Assembly (NCBI GenBank): GCA_963422395.1
Contig: OY729431.1
Span: 992,001-1,056,000, forward strand
Origin: Vicinamibacteria bacterium
Lineage (GTDB): Bacteria > Acidobacteriota > Vicinamibacteria > Marinacidobacterales > Marinacidobacteraceae
Length of the DNA: 64,000 nucleotides
Direction: 5' to 3'
This document shows positions 49,369-59,989 of the stretch, in pieces. The first letter of the stretch is position 1. Every line of letters starts with the position of its first letter. Position numbers and translations under genes: made by a program. The notes beneath the pieces were generated by a model. The model was not told where the DNA came from and did not search any database. It saw only the letters and a program-made list of their open reading frames with translations.

Positions 49369-52300
49369 TCAGGCGGTGCCGATGCCAGCGGAGGCGTTCT
49401 GGCGGGTCAGCACCCCGTTCTCCAGCGTGAGGCTGTCGCTCGAAGACACCGGCACCCGGGGGCCGGGGAACAGGATGCCGGAAAGGTTCAACGGGTCGGC
49501 GGCGCCGAGGGTGAGCGGTTCGCGCGCCCGTCGTTCGGCACCGGAGCCGCCATCGCGCCGGATCCGGCGCAGCGTCTCCACTGCTTCGGGGAGCGCGAAC
49601 TGCTCCCCGGCGAAAGCGGTCACGAATTGCCCGCCGACGACTTCGCCGCGCATCTCGAGCCGCCGCAGGGCGAGCTGCAGCCGCCGCCAGCGGCCTTCGA
49701 GCCGTTCCCGCTTCAGCAGGTCGCGGAAGAGGACCCCCCAGCGGTCGAGCAGCTTGCGGGCGAGCGCCTCGTCGGAGTCCGGACCGTCGGAGGCCGTCGC
49801 TTCGCCCGCTTCTTCGGGAGCCTGCGGGCCGAGCAGCGCCCAGCGGCCCGGCGCGTAGCGAGCCTTCCGCCGCCGATACCGGCCGAAGGCGGTTCGCCGG
49901 CGGGGATCCATGAGCGCCCGCAGATTGTCGAAGCCGTCCGCGGTCACTCTCCCCCAGGCGGCGAGCTCCCAGAGTGCATCTTCGAGCACCGCCGGAAGCA
50001 GCCCCGAGGCGCCCTCGAGCTCGGCGAAGAACTGCGCCCCGCGCGCCTCGAGCAGCGACAGAACCTTTTGCGCCGCGCCCGAGAGCCGCTTGAGGTTCTC
50101 GGTGCGCGGCGTGAGCCAGAGCGCGAGGTCTCGACGCAGGAGCAATGCGATGGGAGCGGCCCGGGTAGGGCGGGCGGCGCGCGCCCCGGATTCTTCCGCC
50201 GCGGACATCCGGCCCCAGACCACCTCCCCGGAGAGGCAGTTCTCGTCGAGCCAGTCTCGCCGGTAGCCCTCGACCCGGAGCGGCAGGATCCGCGATTCCC
50301 AAGCAGCCGCCGGCGCTTCGAGGCCCTGGAGCTGGGCGAGGACGCGCTGCACTCCCCGCGGGCCGCGGAGCCGGGTTCCCGGGGCCGCGTGCTGCCAGGC
50401 AGTGAGGAAGTCGAAGAGCACGGCGGCGCTCACCGGCGCCGATTCGCGCCGGAGCCGGGCGAGGGTCAGCCGGTGGATCCGCGCCAGTACCCGCCGGTGG
50501 CACCACTCGATGGGCGCTCCGCTCGCTCGGGGAGCGCGGAAGCGGCCCTGCAGCACCACGCCTTCCGCCTCGAGCAGGGTGAGGGCGGCGGTAGTCTCTT
50601 CCTCGGGGAGGGCGAGCCGCGCCGCGAGCCCGGCCGCCGTAACCGGACCCGAACAGTCCAGCGTCCCCCGGAGAACGGCGGCCAGGGCTCCGGCGCGGGT
50701 GTCCGGGATTCCGCCAGCCTCGACGGAGCTGCCGCCCGGAACTCCGGCAGGGGCTCCCTCGGGCCAGACGGCGCGGGCCAGTGCGAGGCGTTCGACGGCG
50801 ACCCACAGGCGCCGCCCCGCAGCAGCCGAAGAGGTCCCTGTCCGGGAGGCTCCCGCCTGGAAGGCCGCGGCTCGCCCGCCGGCCTCGAGCTTCCGAAACC
50901 ACTCCGACCATTCGCGCTGCTCGGGCATCGCTCCGAGGGTGAGCAGGGCGTCGTGCAGTTCCTCGCGGTCCCGGACCTCCGGCGCGGCTTCGGCTTCCGC
51001 CCGCCGGATCGCCTCCGGATCGAGTACCGCTTCGGGATCGAGCGCCGGGGGGAGCGCGCTCCGCATCCGCACCGCCCGGGCTCGGCGCTCCTCGAGCGGG
51101 GCGGGGTCGAGGAAGGCGAAGGGGTTGGCGTTCAGGATCTCGGCGGCGAAGGGCGACGGCTCGACGGTGTCCACCCAGGCCGTACGCAGGGCGCCGCTGC
51201 CGAGGTCTTCGAGTACCCGGGTCAGCCCTTCGAGGTCCATCGCGTCTCGCAGGCAGTCGGAGATCGCCTCGTCCACCAGCGGGTGCTTCGGGATTCGCAC
51301 TTCGCCGGCGAGGTTCTCGGCGCACGCCGCCTGATCGGGGAACACGGCAGCGAGCAGATCGTCGGTGAGCATCCGCTGCAGCGGCGGCGGCACCCGCTGT
51401 CCGCGGCGGCGCCGAGGAACCGCCAGCGCGCGGGAGACGGTCCAGCGCCAGCGCACGGAGAACAGCGGGACGCCGAGCACCGCCTGGGTGAGCACCGCTT
51501 CGACGGTCTCGGGACGGAGGAAGGAGAACACCGACGCCAGCGGGAACGAGTGGAGGTCGGTGAGCGAGATGACGATGCCGTCGTCGGTCGCCGCCGCCTG
51601 GAGTTCCAGGTCGAAGGAGCGGCAGAAACGTTTCCGCAGCGCGAGCCCCCAGGCCCGGTTGATCCGGCTGCCGAAGGGAGCGTGGAGGACGAGCTGCATC
51701 CCGCCGGAGTCGTCGAAGAACCGCTCGGCGACGACGGTGCGCTGGCTGGGCAGGGCGCCGAGCGCAGCGCGCCCGGCGGCGAGGTAGCGGATCACCTGGT
51801 CGGCTCCCGCGGCGTCGAGCCCGGCAGCACCGGTCAGGAAGGCGGCCGCCGCTGCCGGCGGGCTGCGGTCCACCCGCTCCCGGAGCTCCGAGACCCGGGC
51901 GCTCAGCTCGGCGGTGCGTCCGGGCGCTTCCCCCCTCCAGAAGGGGATCGTCGGTGCGGCGCCCTGCGCGTCCTCGACCCGCACTTGCCCCTTTCCGATA
52001 CGCCGGATTCGCCAGGAGGTGGTGCCCAGCAGGAAGACATCCCCGCGGTAGCTCTCGATCGCGAAGTCCTCGTCGAGCTGTCCCACGACGCGGTCGTCGG
52101 GCTCGGCGACCACCTGGTACTGCGCGGTCTCCGGGATCGCCCCGCCGCTCTCGATGGCCGCCATCCGGGCGCCGCGCCGGGCGCGGACGGTTCCAGCGAC
52201 CGAATCCCGGTGGAGATACGCCCCCCGCCGGCCTCTGGAGGTGGCGACGCCTTCGGCGAGCATGGAGATCACCGCATCGAAGGCGCCGCGCTCCAGGTTT

Positions 52301-53748
52301 CGGTAGGGAAAGGCACGGCGTGCGAGGGCGAAGAGTTCGTCGAGCGCGTGGTGCTCCTCCGGGGCGGCGGCGGTCTCGGCGACGATCTGCTGGGCGAGGA
52401 TGTCCAGCGGAGCCTCGGGAATGCGGATCCGGTCCAGTTCTCCGGAGGCCGCCGCGGCCGCCAGCGCCGCGCACTCGACGAGATCGTCGCGGGTCGTCGG
52501 AAAGAGCCTTCCTTTCGGAGTCGCCCCGAGCCAGTGGCCGGAGCGTCCCACCCGCTGCAAGGCGACCGCGATGGAGCGCGGGGAGCCGAGCTGGCAGACG
52601 AGATCCACCGAGCCCACATCGATTCCGAGTTCCAGCGAGGCGGTGGCGACGATGGCGCGGACCTCGCCGGCGGCTAGCCTCCGTTCGGCTTCGAGACGGA
52701 CTTCGCGGGCGAGGCTGCCATGGTGGGCGAGGACCGATCCGGCGTCGATTTTCTCGCTGAGCGCGTGGGTCAGCCGCTCCGCCATCCGGCGGGTGTTCAC
52801 GAAGACCAGCGTGGTGCGGTGCTCCGCGATCAGCGCGGCGATCCGGTCGCGGAGATCCTCCATGATCTCGTGGGTGGCGACCGCCCCGAGCTCGCCGCCG
52901 GGAACCTCGACCCTGAGGTCCAGCTCCCGGAGGTGGCCCACGGCGACCACCGTGGGTCCGCCGGGAGCAGATTTGCCCGGTGTATCGAGTCCGCTCGTCT
53001 CGGGCTCGCTGGTTTCGGTTTCGGGGAGGTGCGGGCTCAGGAAGCGGGCGGCGGCGGCGAGCGGCCGTACGGTGGCCGAGAGACCGATGCGCTGAAGGGG
53101 GCGGCCGGCAGGAGAAGCCCCGGAAGGAGAAACCGGAAGGTCCGCTGGCCGTTCCGACCGTTCCCCCGGTTCCAGTCGAACCAGCCGCTCCAGCCGTTCC
53201 AGCGAGAGCGCGAGGTGGCTTCCCCGTTTGTCGCGGGCCAGGGCGTGGATTTCGTCCACGATCACGGTGTCGGCGGTGCTGAGCAGCCGGCGCCCGCCCG
53301 CGGCGGTGAGCAGCAGGTAGAGGGACTCGGGGGTGGTGACCAGGATGTGGGGCGGTTTCCGGAGCATCCGGGCTCGGTCGGCAGCCGGGGTGTCGCCGGT
53401 CCGGAGCGCGGCGCGGACCGGCGAGGCGCCGCCGCTGCGGGCGGCGATCTCCGCCAGCGGGGTTTCGAGATTTCGGCGGATGTCGGCGGAAAGCGCCTTG
53501 AGCGGCGACACATAGACCACGCGGGTAGCGTCTTCGAGCCCGCCGCTGCGCGCCTCGCGGGTCAGCCGATCGATGGCGAAGAGGAAAGCGGCGAGCGTCT
53601 TCCCGGAACCGGTCGGAGCCGTGATCAGCACATCGCCGCCGCCGGCGATCGCCGGCCAGCCCTCGATCTGCGGCTCCGTGGGAGATGCGAAACGTTCTCG
53701 GAACCAGCTGGCCACCGCCGGATCGAAGCGGGAGAGCGGGTCTGTCAA
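49369..53748 (-). CDS. lhr: Lhr-like large ATP-dependent helicase
   Basis: APTGSGKT, VDEIH, LSAT, SLELGID, QRVGRSGH; long C-terminal extension. Confidence 0.92.
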   Translation of the reverse strand: MTDPLSRFDPAVASWFRERFASPTEPQIEGWPAIAGGGDVLITAPTGSGKTLAAFLFAIDRLTREARSGGLEDATRVVYVSPLKALSADIRRNLETPLAEIAARSGGASPVRAALRTGDTPAADRARMLRKPPHILVTTPESLYLLLTAAGGRRLLSTADTVIVDEIHALARDKRGSHLALSLERLERLVRLEPGERSERPADLPVSPSGASPAGRPLQRIGLSATVRPLAAAARFLSPHLPETETSEPETSGLDTPGKSAPGGPTVVAVGHLRELDLRVEVPGGELGAVATHEIMEDLRDRIAALIAEHRTTLVFVNTRRMAERLTHALSEKIDAGSVLAHHGSLAREVRLEAERRLAAGEVRAIVATASLELGIDVGSVDLVCQLGSPRSIAVALQRVGRSGHWLGATPKGRLFPTTRDDLVECAALAAAAASGELDRIRIPEAPLDILAQQIVAETAAAPEEHHALDELFALARRAFPYRNLERGAFDAVISMLAEGVATSRGRRGAYLHRDSVAGTVRARRGARMAAIESGGAIPETAQYQVVAEPDDRVVGQLDEDFAIESYRGDVFLLGTTSWRIRRIGKGQVRVEDAQGAAPTIPFWRGEAPGRTAELSARVSELRERVDRSPPAAAAAFLTGAAGLDAAGADQVIRYLAAGRAALGALPSQRTVVAERFFDDSGGMQLVLHAPFGSRINRAWGLALRKRFCRSFDLELQAAATDDGIVISLTDLHSFPLASVFSFLRPETVEAVLTQAVLGVPLFSVRWRWTVSRALAVPRRRRGQRVPPPLQRMLTDDLLAAVFPDQAACAENLAGEVRIPKHPLVDEAISDCLRDAMDLEGLTRVLEDLGSGALRTAWVDTVEPSPFAAEILNANPFAFLDPAPLEERRARAVRMRSALPPALDPEAVLDPEAIRRAEAEAAPEVRDREELHDALLTLGAMPEQREWSEWFRKLEAGGRAAAFQAGASRTGTSSAAAGRRLWVAVERLALARAVWPEGAPAGVPGGSSVEAGGIPDTRAGALAAVLRGTLDCSGPVTAAGLAARLALPEEETTAALTLLEAEGVVLQGRFRAPRASGAPIEWCHRRVLARIHRLTLARLRRESAPVSAAVLFDFLTAWQHAAPGTRLRGPRGVQRVLAQLQGLEAPAAAWESRILPLRVEGYRRDWLDENCLSGEVVWGRMSAAEESGARAARPTRAAPIALLLRRDLALWLTPRTENLKRLSGAAQKVLSLLEARGAQFFAELEGASGLLPAVLEDALWELAAWGRVTADGFDNLRALMDPRRRTAFGRYRRRKARYAPGRWALLGPQAPEEAGEATASDGPDSDEALARKLLDRWGVLFRDLLKRERLEGRWRRLQLALRRLEMRGEVVGGQFVTAFAGEQFALPEAVETLRRIRRDGGSGAERRAREPLTLGAADPLNLSGILFPGPRVPVSSSDSLTLENGVLTRQNASAGIGTA

Positions 53749-53941
53749 GGGGAAAGGGCGAGAAAATGAGGTGAGAGGAAGAGGAAAAGAGGATACGACC
53801 GCGCCGGGCGGGGACGGCTCGTATTTCGGCTTGGGGAGGTCCGTTTTTCGGGAGCGGCCGTTCCTATAATCGGATCATGGGTTCGGACCGGCGCGGGCAG
53901 CCGGTATCTGCGGGGGGCGCGTACCGCGAGGAGGGGCTTCG

Positions 53942-55225
53942 GTGAGTGCCGCGGAGAAGGCGGCGTCCGGTCCGCTGGGACGGGAGGCCCTCCTGGAGTG
54001 CGACCGCGCCGATCCGCTCGCCCGATTCCGCGACCGTTTTCGCCTCCCGGAGGGGGTGCTCTACCTCGACGGCAACTCGCTCGGGCCGCCGCCGCGGGCC
54101 ATGATGGAGCGCGCCGAACGGCTGATCGCCGGCGAGTGGGGGGAGGACCTCATCGCCTCCTGGAACCGGAACGGTTGGTTCCGGCTGCCCGAGCGGGTGG
54201 GCGCCCGGCTCGCGCCGCTGCTCGGAGCCGGCGAGGACGAGGTGATCGCCGCCGATTCGGTCTCGGTCAATCTGTTCAAGCTGCTCGGAGCGCTGCTCCG
54301 TCTCGCCGGAGGCCGAGGGGTGGTGCTGGCGGACGAGGGTGACTTCCCGACGGATCGCTATATGGCGGAGGGGCTGGTCCGCTTCCTCGAGGCCGGGGGA
54401 GTGGAGGGTGGCGGCGCCCGGCTGCGTCTCGTCCCTGCCGAAGATTTCGAGGGGGAGATCGGGCCCGAGGTCGCGGTGGCGTTGCTCAGCCAGGTCGATT
54501 TCCGCAGCGGCCGGATGCGCGATCTGCGGCGGCTGACCCGGGCGGCGCGGGAACGGGGCGTCCCGCTGATCTGGGATCTCTCCCACAGCGCCGGCGCGGT
54601 CCCGCTCCGGCTCCGCGAGGACGGTGTCGAGTTCGCCGTCGGCTGCGGCTACAAGTACCTGAACGGCGGTCCGGGGGCACCCGGTTTCCTCTATGTGGCG
54701 CGAGAACGCCAGGACGCGCTCCAATCGCCCCTCACCGGCTGGATGGGGCATTCTCATCCCTTCGCCTTCGCTGCCGGCTACCAGCCGGCGCCGGGAATGC
54801 GGCGTTTCCTGGTCGGCACGCCTCCGATCCTCTCCCTGGCCGCCTTCGAGGAAGGGCTGCGCAGTTTCGAGGGGGTGGATCTCGGGAATCTCCGCGAAAA
54901 GAGCGAAGCGCTCGGGGACCTGTTCCTGTGCCTCGCCGAGGAACGGCTCTCCGGATTCGGAGTGACGGCGGCGAGCCCTCGGGAGGCCCGCGAGCGCGGC
55001 AGCCAGGTGTCGCTCCGCCATCCGGATGCCTACCCGGTGATGCAGGCGCTCATCGCCCGAGGCGTAGTCGGCGACTTTCGGGAACCGGATCTCCTCCGCT
55101 TCGGACTCGCGCCGCTCTATGTCCGCTATCGGGACATCGGGGACGCGGTGGAAGCGCTCCGACAGGTACTCGCGGGCGGAGAGCACCGGGAGCCGCGCTT
55201 TCGAAAACGCAACCCGGTGACCTGA
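53942..55225 (+). CDS. kynU: Kynureninase
   Basis: YLDGNSLG, WDLSHSAG, GCGYKYLNGGPG, RGSQVS. Confidence 0.95.
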   Translation: MSAAEKAASGPLGREALLECDRADPLARFRDRFRLPEGVLYLDGNSLGPPPRAMMERAERLIAGEWGEDLIASWNRNGWFRLPERVGARLAPLLGAGEDEVIAADSVSVNLFKLLGALLRLAGGRGVVLADEGDFPTDRYMAEGLVRFLEAGGVEGGGARLRLVPAEDFEGEIGPEVAVALLSQVDFRSGRMRDLRRLTRAARERGVPLIWDLSHSAGAVPLRLREDGVEFAVGCGYKYLNGGPGAPGFLYVARERQDALQSPLTGWMGHSHPFAFAAGYQPAPGMRRFLVGTPPILSLAAFEEGLRSFEGVDLGNLREKSEALGDLFLCLAEERLSGFGVTAASPREARERGSQVSLRHPDAYPVMQALIARGVVGDFREPDLLRFGLAPLYVRYRDIGDAVEALRQVLAGGEHREPRFRKRNPVT

Positions 55226-55911
55226 TTCCGGCGCGAAGCGCCGGGCGGTCCGGGAACGGGGCGTTTTCTCTCGTGCCACAGGGGTGCGGGGGGCGACACG
55301 AGATCACGCCCCGCCCGAGAGAGTCGCGATCTCCGTTGCGGCCTAGAAAACATCTGATGCGGCCGAAGCTGTGCTTCGGGCGCGGCGCGGTGGGGGAAAG
55401 TGTGAAAGGGGGTTCACCCCCGTTCACGAATTGGTGACACCGAATCGCACTCGCTGCCGCCACGCTTCCAGCGTGACGGCGAACCGGGTTCGAGGAGCGG
55501 AGGGAGCGGCAGGAGTGCGATTCCCGGCGCGAAGCGGCGGGCGGCCCGGGAAGGGGGCGTTTTCTCTCGTGCCACAGGGGTGTGGGGCGCAACACGAGAT
55601 CACGCCCCGCCCGAGAGAGTTTCGACTTTCCTCTGCGGCCCAGAAAACATCTGATGCGGCCGAAGCTGTGCTTCGGGCGCGGCGCGGTGGGGGAAAGTGT
55701 GAAAGGGGGTTCACCCCCGTTCACGAATTGGTGACACCGAATCGCACTCGCTGCCGCCACGCTTCCAGCGTGACGGCGAACCGGGTTCGAGGAGCGGAGG
55801 GAGCGGCAGGAGTGCGATTCCCGGCACGAAGCGGCGGGCGGTCCGGGAACGGGGCGTTTTCTCTCGTGCCACAGGGGTGCGGGGGACAACACGAAATCAC
55901 GCCCCGTTCCC
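55224..55911. repeat. Tandem ~296-bp palindrome-rich repeat, about 2.3 copies
   Basis: Units start at about 55224, 55519 and 55816 (GATTCC..GCGAAGCG); near-identical apart from a short variable segment. Confidence 0.9.
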
Positions 55912-57861
55912 GGCCCGCTCGGCCCGGATGCGCCTCCGGTTGCCGATCCGCACCGTGACCCGTTCCCGGTCCAGCCACTCGAGCAGCGGGATCGCGTATT
56001 TCCGACTCAAGTCGAAGTTCTCCTTGAACCAGCCTACCGAGATCTCGGGTGTGCTCTTCTGACCGGCCTCGGCGCCGAGCGCGCCGTGGTCCACCACCGC
56101 CTGCCGCAGCCGGGCGAGGTGTTCGGCGTCGAAGTAGAGATCGGGGCTGACCGCCACCGCCCGGCCCTCGCGCTCCAGCAACCGGCGCAGCGCGGAAACG
56201 AGCGCCAGCGGCGCTCGGAGCGCGGTCGCTGCCTCGGCGAGGGTAGGGGGCGCGACTCCCCGTTCCGAAAGGAGTCGGACGAAGCCGTCGGACACCCGCT
56301 GCTCCGCTGCAGTCAGCTCGATCCGCCGCCCGGCGCTCTCCACCGTGTCCTGGGTTCGCTCCACCGCCCCGTCTCTCGCGAGCCGATCCAGGAGGCCGCC
56401 GGTGACCGCGGGGGAGATGCCCGCCTGTTCCCGGAGTTGTTCGACCGCCATCCCCGCCCGCAGGCGGTGGTTCGCTTCCCAGGTGGAGAGCAGGGTGAGC
56501 ATCCGGGCTTCGAGAGACGAGACGCTCGCTGCCGCGAGCAGGGTTCGTGCTTCTCCGGCGCCGAAGCTCACGAGCTGGCAGCGCCCTTCGAGCGCCCGGA
56601 CCACTTCCGCCGCCGCCGCCGGTCGGAGTCCGAGCCGCGGGGCGAGTTCGGCCTCGCTCGTTCCCCGCGGGCCGGCTTCCGCAGCGAAGGCGATGGCGGC
56701 GGCCGCATCGTCTCTGCCTTCGAGCGCGGCCACCGCAGCCCGTCCCCGCCGGCTTCCGGGAGACCGCTTCGGCGGGGAGGCATCGAGCACCGTGCCTCCG
56801 CCGATGGTGATCACCGGAGAGTAGCGGCGGATGATGTAGCGGTCGCCCCGCACCGCGGCGAGAGGGGTCTCGAGACGGAACTGGACGAAGTCGGACTCGC
56901 CCGCGGGGAGCTGTTTCCGGCCGCCGAGCAGGCGCGCCCGGGCGAGGACTGCGGCGGCGCCGAGGTGCAGATGCACGCGGTCTTCGTCCCGGAGCGGCCC
57001 TGCGGCCCCGTCGAGCAGTTCGAGCCTGGCGTCGAGCATCCGGGTGGCTCGGAGCTCCCCCGGTGCGGCGACCAGCGCCCCCCGCTCGGGGCGCAGCCGG
57101 CCGCCGGCGCGGCCGCTCCCGGCGAGGTTCAGGGCAGCCCGCTGCCCGGCGCTGGCGGCGGCGGCGGCTTCGCCGTGCACCTGCAGCCCCCGCACCCGGG
57201 CACGCTCCCCGCCGGGGAGGATCTCGACTTCTTCCCCGATCGCGGTCCGGCCGGAGGTGAGGGTGCCGGTGACCACCGTGCCGAAGCCGCGCATGGTGAA
57301 GGCGCGGTCCACCGGAAGCCGGAACGGGCGGTCCGTTTCCCGAGATCCGATCGTAGCGGCCGCCTCTTCGAGCGCGGCGAGCAGCCGGTCGAGCCCGGCG
57401 CCGGTCCGGGAGGACACCGGCAGGATCGGCGCCCCGGCCATTGCGTTCCCGGAGAGCAGTTCACTGACTTCGAGGCCGGCGATTTCGATGAGCTCCGGAT
57501 CGTCCACCAGATCGGTCCGGGTGAGCGCGACCACCGCGCGTTCGACGCCCAGCAGGCGGCAGATCTCGATGTGCTCGCGGGTCTGGGGCATCACCGACTC
57601 GTCGGCTGCCACCGCGAGCAGCACGACATCGAAACCGGCAGCGCCCGCCAGCATGTTCCGCACGAAGCGTTCGTGGCCGGGAACATCCACGAAGCCATAG
57701 GTGACGCCCCCGCGCTCCAGGTGGGCGAACCCCAGATCCACCGTGATTCCCCGCGCCTTCTCCTCTTCGAGCCGGTCCGGATCGATCCCGGTGAGCGCGA
57801 GCACCAGCGAGCTCTTGCCGTGGTCTATGTGGCCGGCGGTACCGACCACGAGGTGCCGCAT
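55897..57861 (-). CDS. selB: Selenocysteine-specific elongation factor
   Basis: [26 protein letters not shown]-terminal [13 protein letters not shown] winged helix. Confidence 0.96.
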   Translation of the reverse strand: MRHLVVGTAGHIDHGKSSLVLALTGIDPDRLEEEKARGITVDLGFAHLERGGVTYGFVDVPGHERFVRNMLAGAAGFDVVLLAVAADESVMPQTREHIEICRLLGVERAVVALTRTDLVDDPELIEIAGLEVSELLSGNAMAGAPILPVSSRTGAGLDRLLAALEEAAATIGSRETDRPFRLPVDRAFTMRGFGTVVTGTLTSGRTAIGEEVEILPGGERARVRGLQVHGEAAAAASAGQRAALNLAGSGRAGGRLRPERGALVAAPGELRATRMLDARLELLDGAAGPLRDEDRVHLHLGAAAVLARARLLGGRKQLPAGESDFVQFRLETPLAAVRGDRYIIRRYSPVITIGGGTVLDASPPKRSPGSRRGRAAVAALEGRDDAAAAIAFAAEAGPRGTSEAELAPRLGLRPAAAAEVVRALEGRCQLVSFGAGEARTLLAAASVSSLEARMLTLLSTWEANHRLRAGMAVEQLREQAGISPAVTGGLLDRLARDGAVERTQDTVESAGRRIELTAAEQRVSDGFVRLLSERGVAPPTLAEAATALRAPLALVSALRRLLEREGRAVAVSPDLYFDAEHLARLRQAVVDHGALGAEAGQKSTPEISVGWFKENFDLSRKYAIPLLEWLDRERVTVRIGNRRRIRAERAGNGA

Positions 57862-57975
57862 GAGCGCCGGATTCTAGGGCCCGGCTCTCTCGGTCGGCCC
57901 CGGCTTCCCGGCTCGTCGGGATAATCCTCTCGCCATCGCTTTATTTCCGCCTCGTTCCGAACGGAGGACCCGGCC

Positions 57976-58890
57976 ATGTTCTTCAGTCCGCCCCTGCTGC
58001 TCGTTTTGCTCGCGGCTTTCACCCTGCTCCCCGCCCTGTTGCCTGCCCGCGTTCCCGCGCCGGCTGTTGCCGCCGGTACCGCCGGGCAAGCGCCCGCGAG
58101 AGGCCCCGAGAAGGGGTCGCTGGTGATCGTGGGCGGAGCACTCCGCGACGAAGCGATCCTCGAGCGCTTCCTGAACCTCGCCGGCGGCGAGGACGCTCCC
58201 CTCGTGATCATCCCGACGGCGGGCGGCGAAGACGACTATGACGAGTGGTACTCCGGAGCCCGGCGTTTCCGGGCACTCGGTGCCGGCGACCTCACCGTTC
58301 TCCACACCTGGGACCGCGAGGAGGCCGACCGGGAGGATTTCGTCGCTCCCATCACCCGGGCGCGGGGGGTGTGGTTCCCCGGCGGCCGGCAGTGGCGGCT
58401 GGTGGACGCCTATGCCGGCACCCGCACCGAGCGCGAACTCCACGCGCTGCTCGCCCGCGGCGGAGTGATCGGCGGGTCGTCGGCAGGAGCCACCATCCAG
58501 GGCGAGTACCTCGCCCGCGGCGACACCAGCAGCAACACGATCATGATGGGAGACCATGAGGAGGGCTTCGGCTTCCTGCGTGGGGTCGCCATCGATCAGC
58601 ACCTGCTGGTGCGGAATCGACATTTCGATCTCCTCGAGATCCTCTCGGCGCGTCCCGAGCTGCTCGGCATCGGGATCGACGAGGACACTGCGATCGTGGT
58701 GCGCGGCAACCGTTTCGAGGTGATCGGCCAAGGCTATGTCGCCATCTACGACAACACGCGGATCTTGCCGAACGGCGGCGGCTTCTACTTCCTGATGCCG
58801 GGAGACCGGTACGACCTCGAGACCCGGGAGCCGCTCCGCCTCGAGTTCGGGGACGGTGCGTTCGCCACCACGGTCCGCAAGAAGCGGTGA
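57976..58890 (+). CDS. Exported cyanophycinase-like S51 peptidase
   Basis: Signal peptide; LVIVGG, IPTA, GGRQ, GSSAG, IDQH, GIDEDT. Confidence 0.88.
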   Translation: MFFSPPLLLVLLAAFTLLPALLPARVPAPAVAAGTAGQAPARGPEKGSLVIVGGALRDEAILERFLNLAGGEDAPLVIIPTAGGEDDYDEWYSGARRFRALGAGDLTVLHTWDREEADREDFVAPITRARGVWFPGGRQWRLVDAYAGTRTERELHALLARGGVIGGSSAGATIQGEYLARGDTSSNTIMMGDHEEGFGFLRGVAIDQHLLVRNRHFDLLEILSARPELLGIGIDEDTAIVVRGNRFEVIGQGYVAIYDNTRILPNGGGFYFLMPGDRYDLETREPLRLEFGDGAFATTVRKKR

Positions 58891-59049
58891 GCTGCGGAGG
58901 CTCGATCTCGGGACCTGGGAGCGCCTGGGCCGCTTCCGGCGCCGGATCGATCTGCGGTTGCCCGAGCGGACGCTGCGCCTGCGCCCGGCAACGGCCTGCG
59001 GCGAACCACTCCGGGGGGTTGGCCGCCGGCAGCAGCCGGCGGAGCGCGG

Positions 59050-59922
59050 TTAGCCGATTTCGCTCTTCGACGGGGGTGGAGGACTGTCGCCCGGCACCGC
59101 CGGCTGGATGACGAAGCTGCCGTCTTCGAGCCGCATCGCGGTCAGCGACCCTCCCCAGACGCAGCCCGAATCCAGGCAGACGGCGTGCTCCGACACCATG
59201 AGGCCGAGCGCCGCCCAGTGGCCGAAGAGCACCCGCAGCCCTCCGGGCGCGGGGGACCTCTCGAAACCCGACTTTCCGAAGTTCGACTTCTCGAACCAGG
59301 GCCGGTAGCCGGCGGGGATCGCCTCCGGGGGGCCGTCGAAGGCGAACTCGGGGGCCCCCTCGCGATCCACGATGCGGAGACGGGTGAACGCCGACGCCGC
59401 CCGGGCACCGTCCGCGGCGGCCGGAGAAACCGGCCCCCTCTCGGCAGCCTCTCCGCGCAACGCATAGAGCGCATCGAGAAAACCGCGGCGGTCCTGCCGG
59501 AGCGCCCGCCTGGCGAGCTCGGCGCCGCGCTCGATGTCGTCGAGGGTCCAGTCCGGCGGTACCCCCGCGTGCACCAGCAGCTCGCGGCCCTCGCGGTGGA
59601 CGAACGGGCGGTCCGCCAGCCAGTCGCACAGCGCACCCGCATCCGCTGCTTCGAGTACCGGGTCCAGCGTGTCCCGGCGGCGGGCGCCGAGGATTCCTTC
59701 GTACCGAGCGAGCAGGTGCAGGTCGTGGTTCCCGAGCACCGAGACCACCGAGTCGCCCTGATCCCGCACCCAACGGAGGGTTCCCAGAGAATCGGGGCCG
59801 CGGTTCCCGAGGTCGCCGACGAGCCACATCCGGTCGCGTTCCGCCCGCCAGGAAATCCGGCGGAGCAGCGCCCGAAAGGTGCTAAAACACCCGTGCACAT
59901 CGCCGACGACCCAAGTTGTCAT
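59050..59922 (-). CDS. apaH: Symmetrical bis(5'-nucleosyl)-tetraphosphatase
   Basis: GDVHGC, GDLGNRGP, LGNHD, VHAG, FGHWAA, LDSGCVWG. Confidence 0.93.
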   Translation of the reverse strand: MTTWVVGDVHGCFSTFRALLRRISWRAERDRMWLVGDLGNRGPDSLGTLRWVRDQGDSVVSVLGNHDLHLLARYEGILGARRRDTLDPVLEAADAGALCDWLADRPFVHREGRELLVHAGVPPDWTLDDIERGAELARRALRQDRRGFLDALYALRGEAAERGPVSPAAADGARAASAFTRLRIVDREGAPEFAFDGPPEAIPAGYRPWFEKSNFGKSGFERSPAPGGLRVLFGHWAALGLMVSEHAVCLDSGCVWGGSLTAMRLEDGSFVIQPAVPGDSPPPPSKSEIG

Positions 59923-59989
59923 TCGACGAAAGGCTAGTTGACAGCGCGCGGCGAAAGAAGCTCTCTTCGCCGCCGGCCCTCTTTCTCCG

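Noticed and set aside
44509-52677. Further ORFs over 1000 aa (44509-47784, 49259-52474, 49627-52677)
   Set aside because: Shadow or alternative frames of the RND permease and lhr.
55224-55911. CRISPR array or hammerhead ribozyme (CUGAUGC...GAAA) in the repeat
   Set aside because: Unit too long, no unique spacers, no cas genes; hammerhead core needs CUGANGA and closing stems I could not find.
58856-59053. 65-aa ORF between S51 peptidase and apaH
   Set aside because: No motif or RBS; overlaps neighbours.
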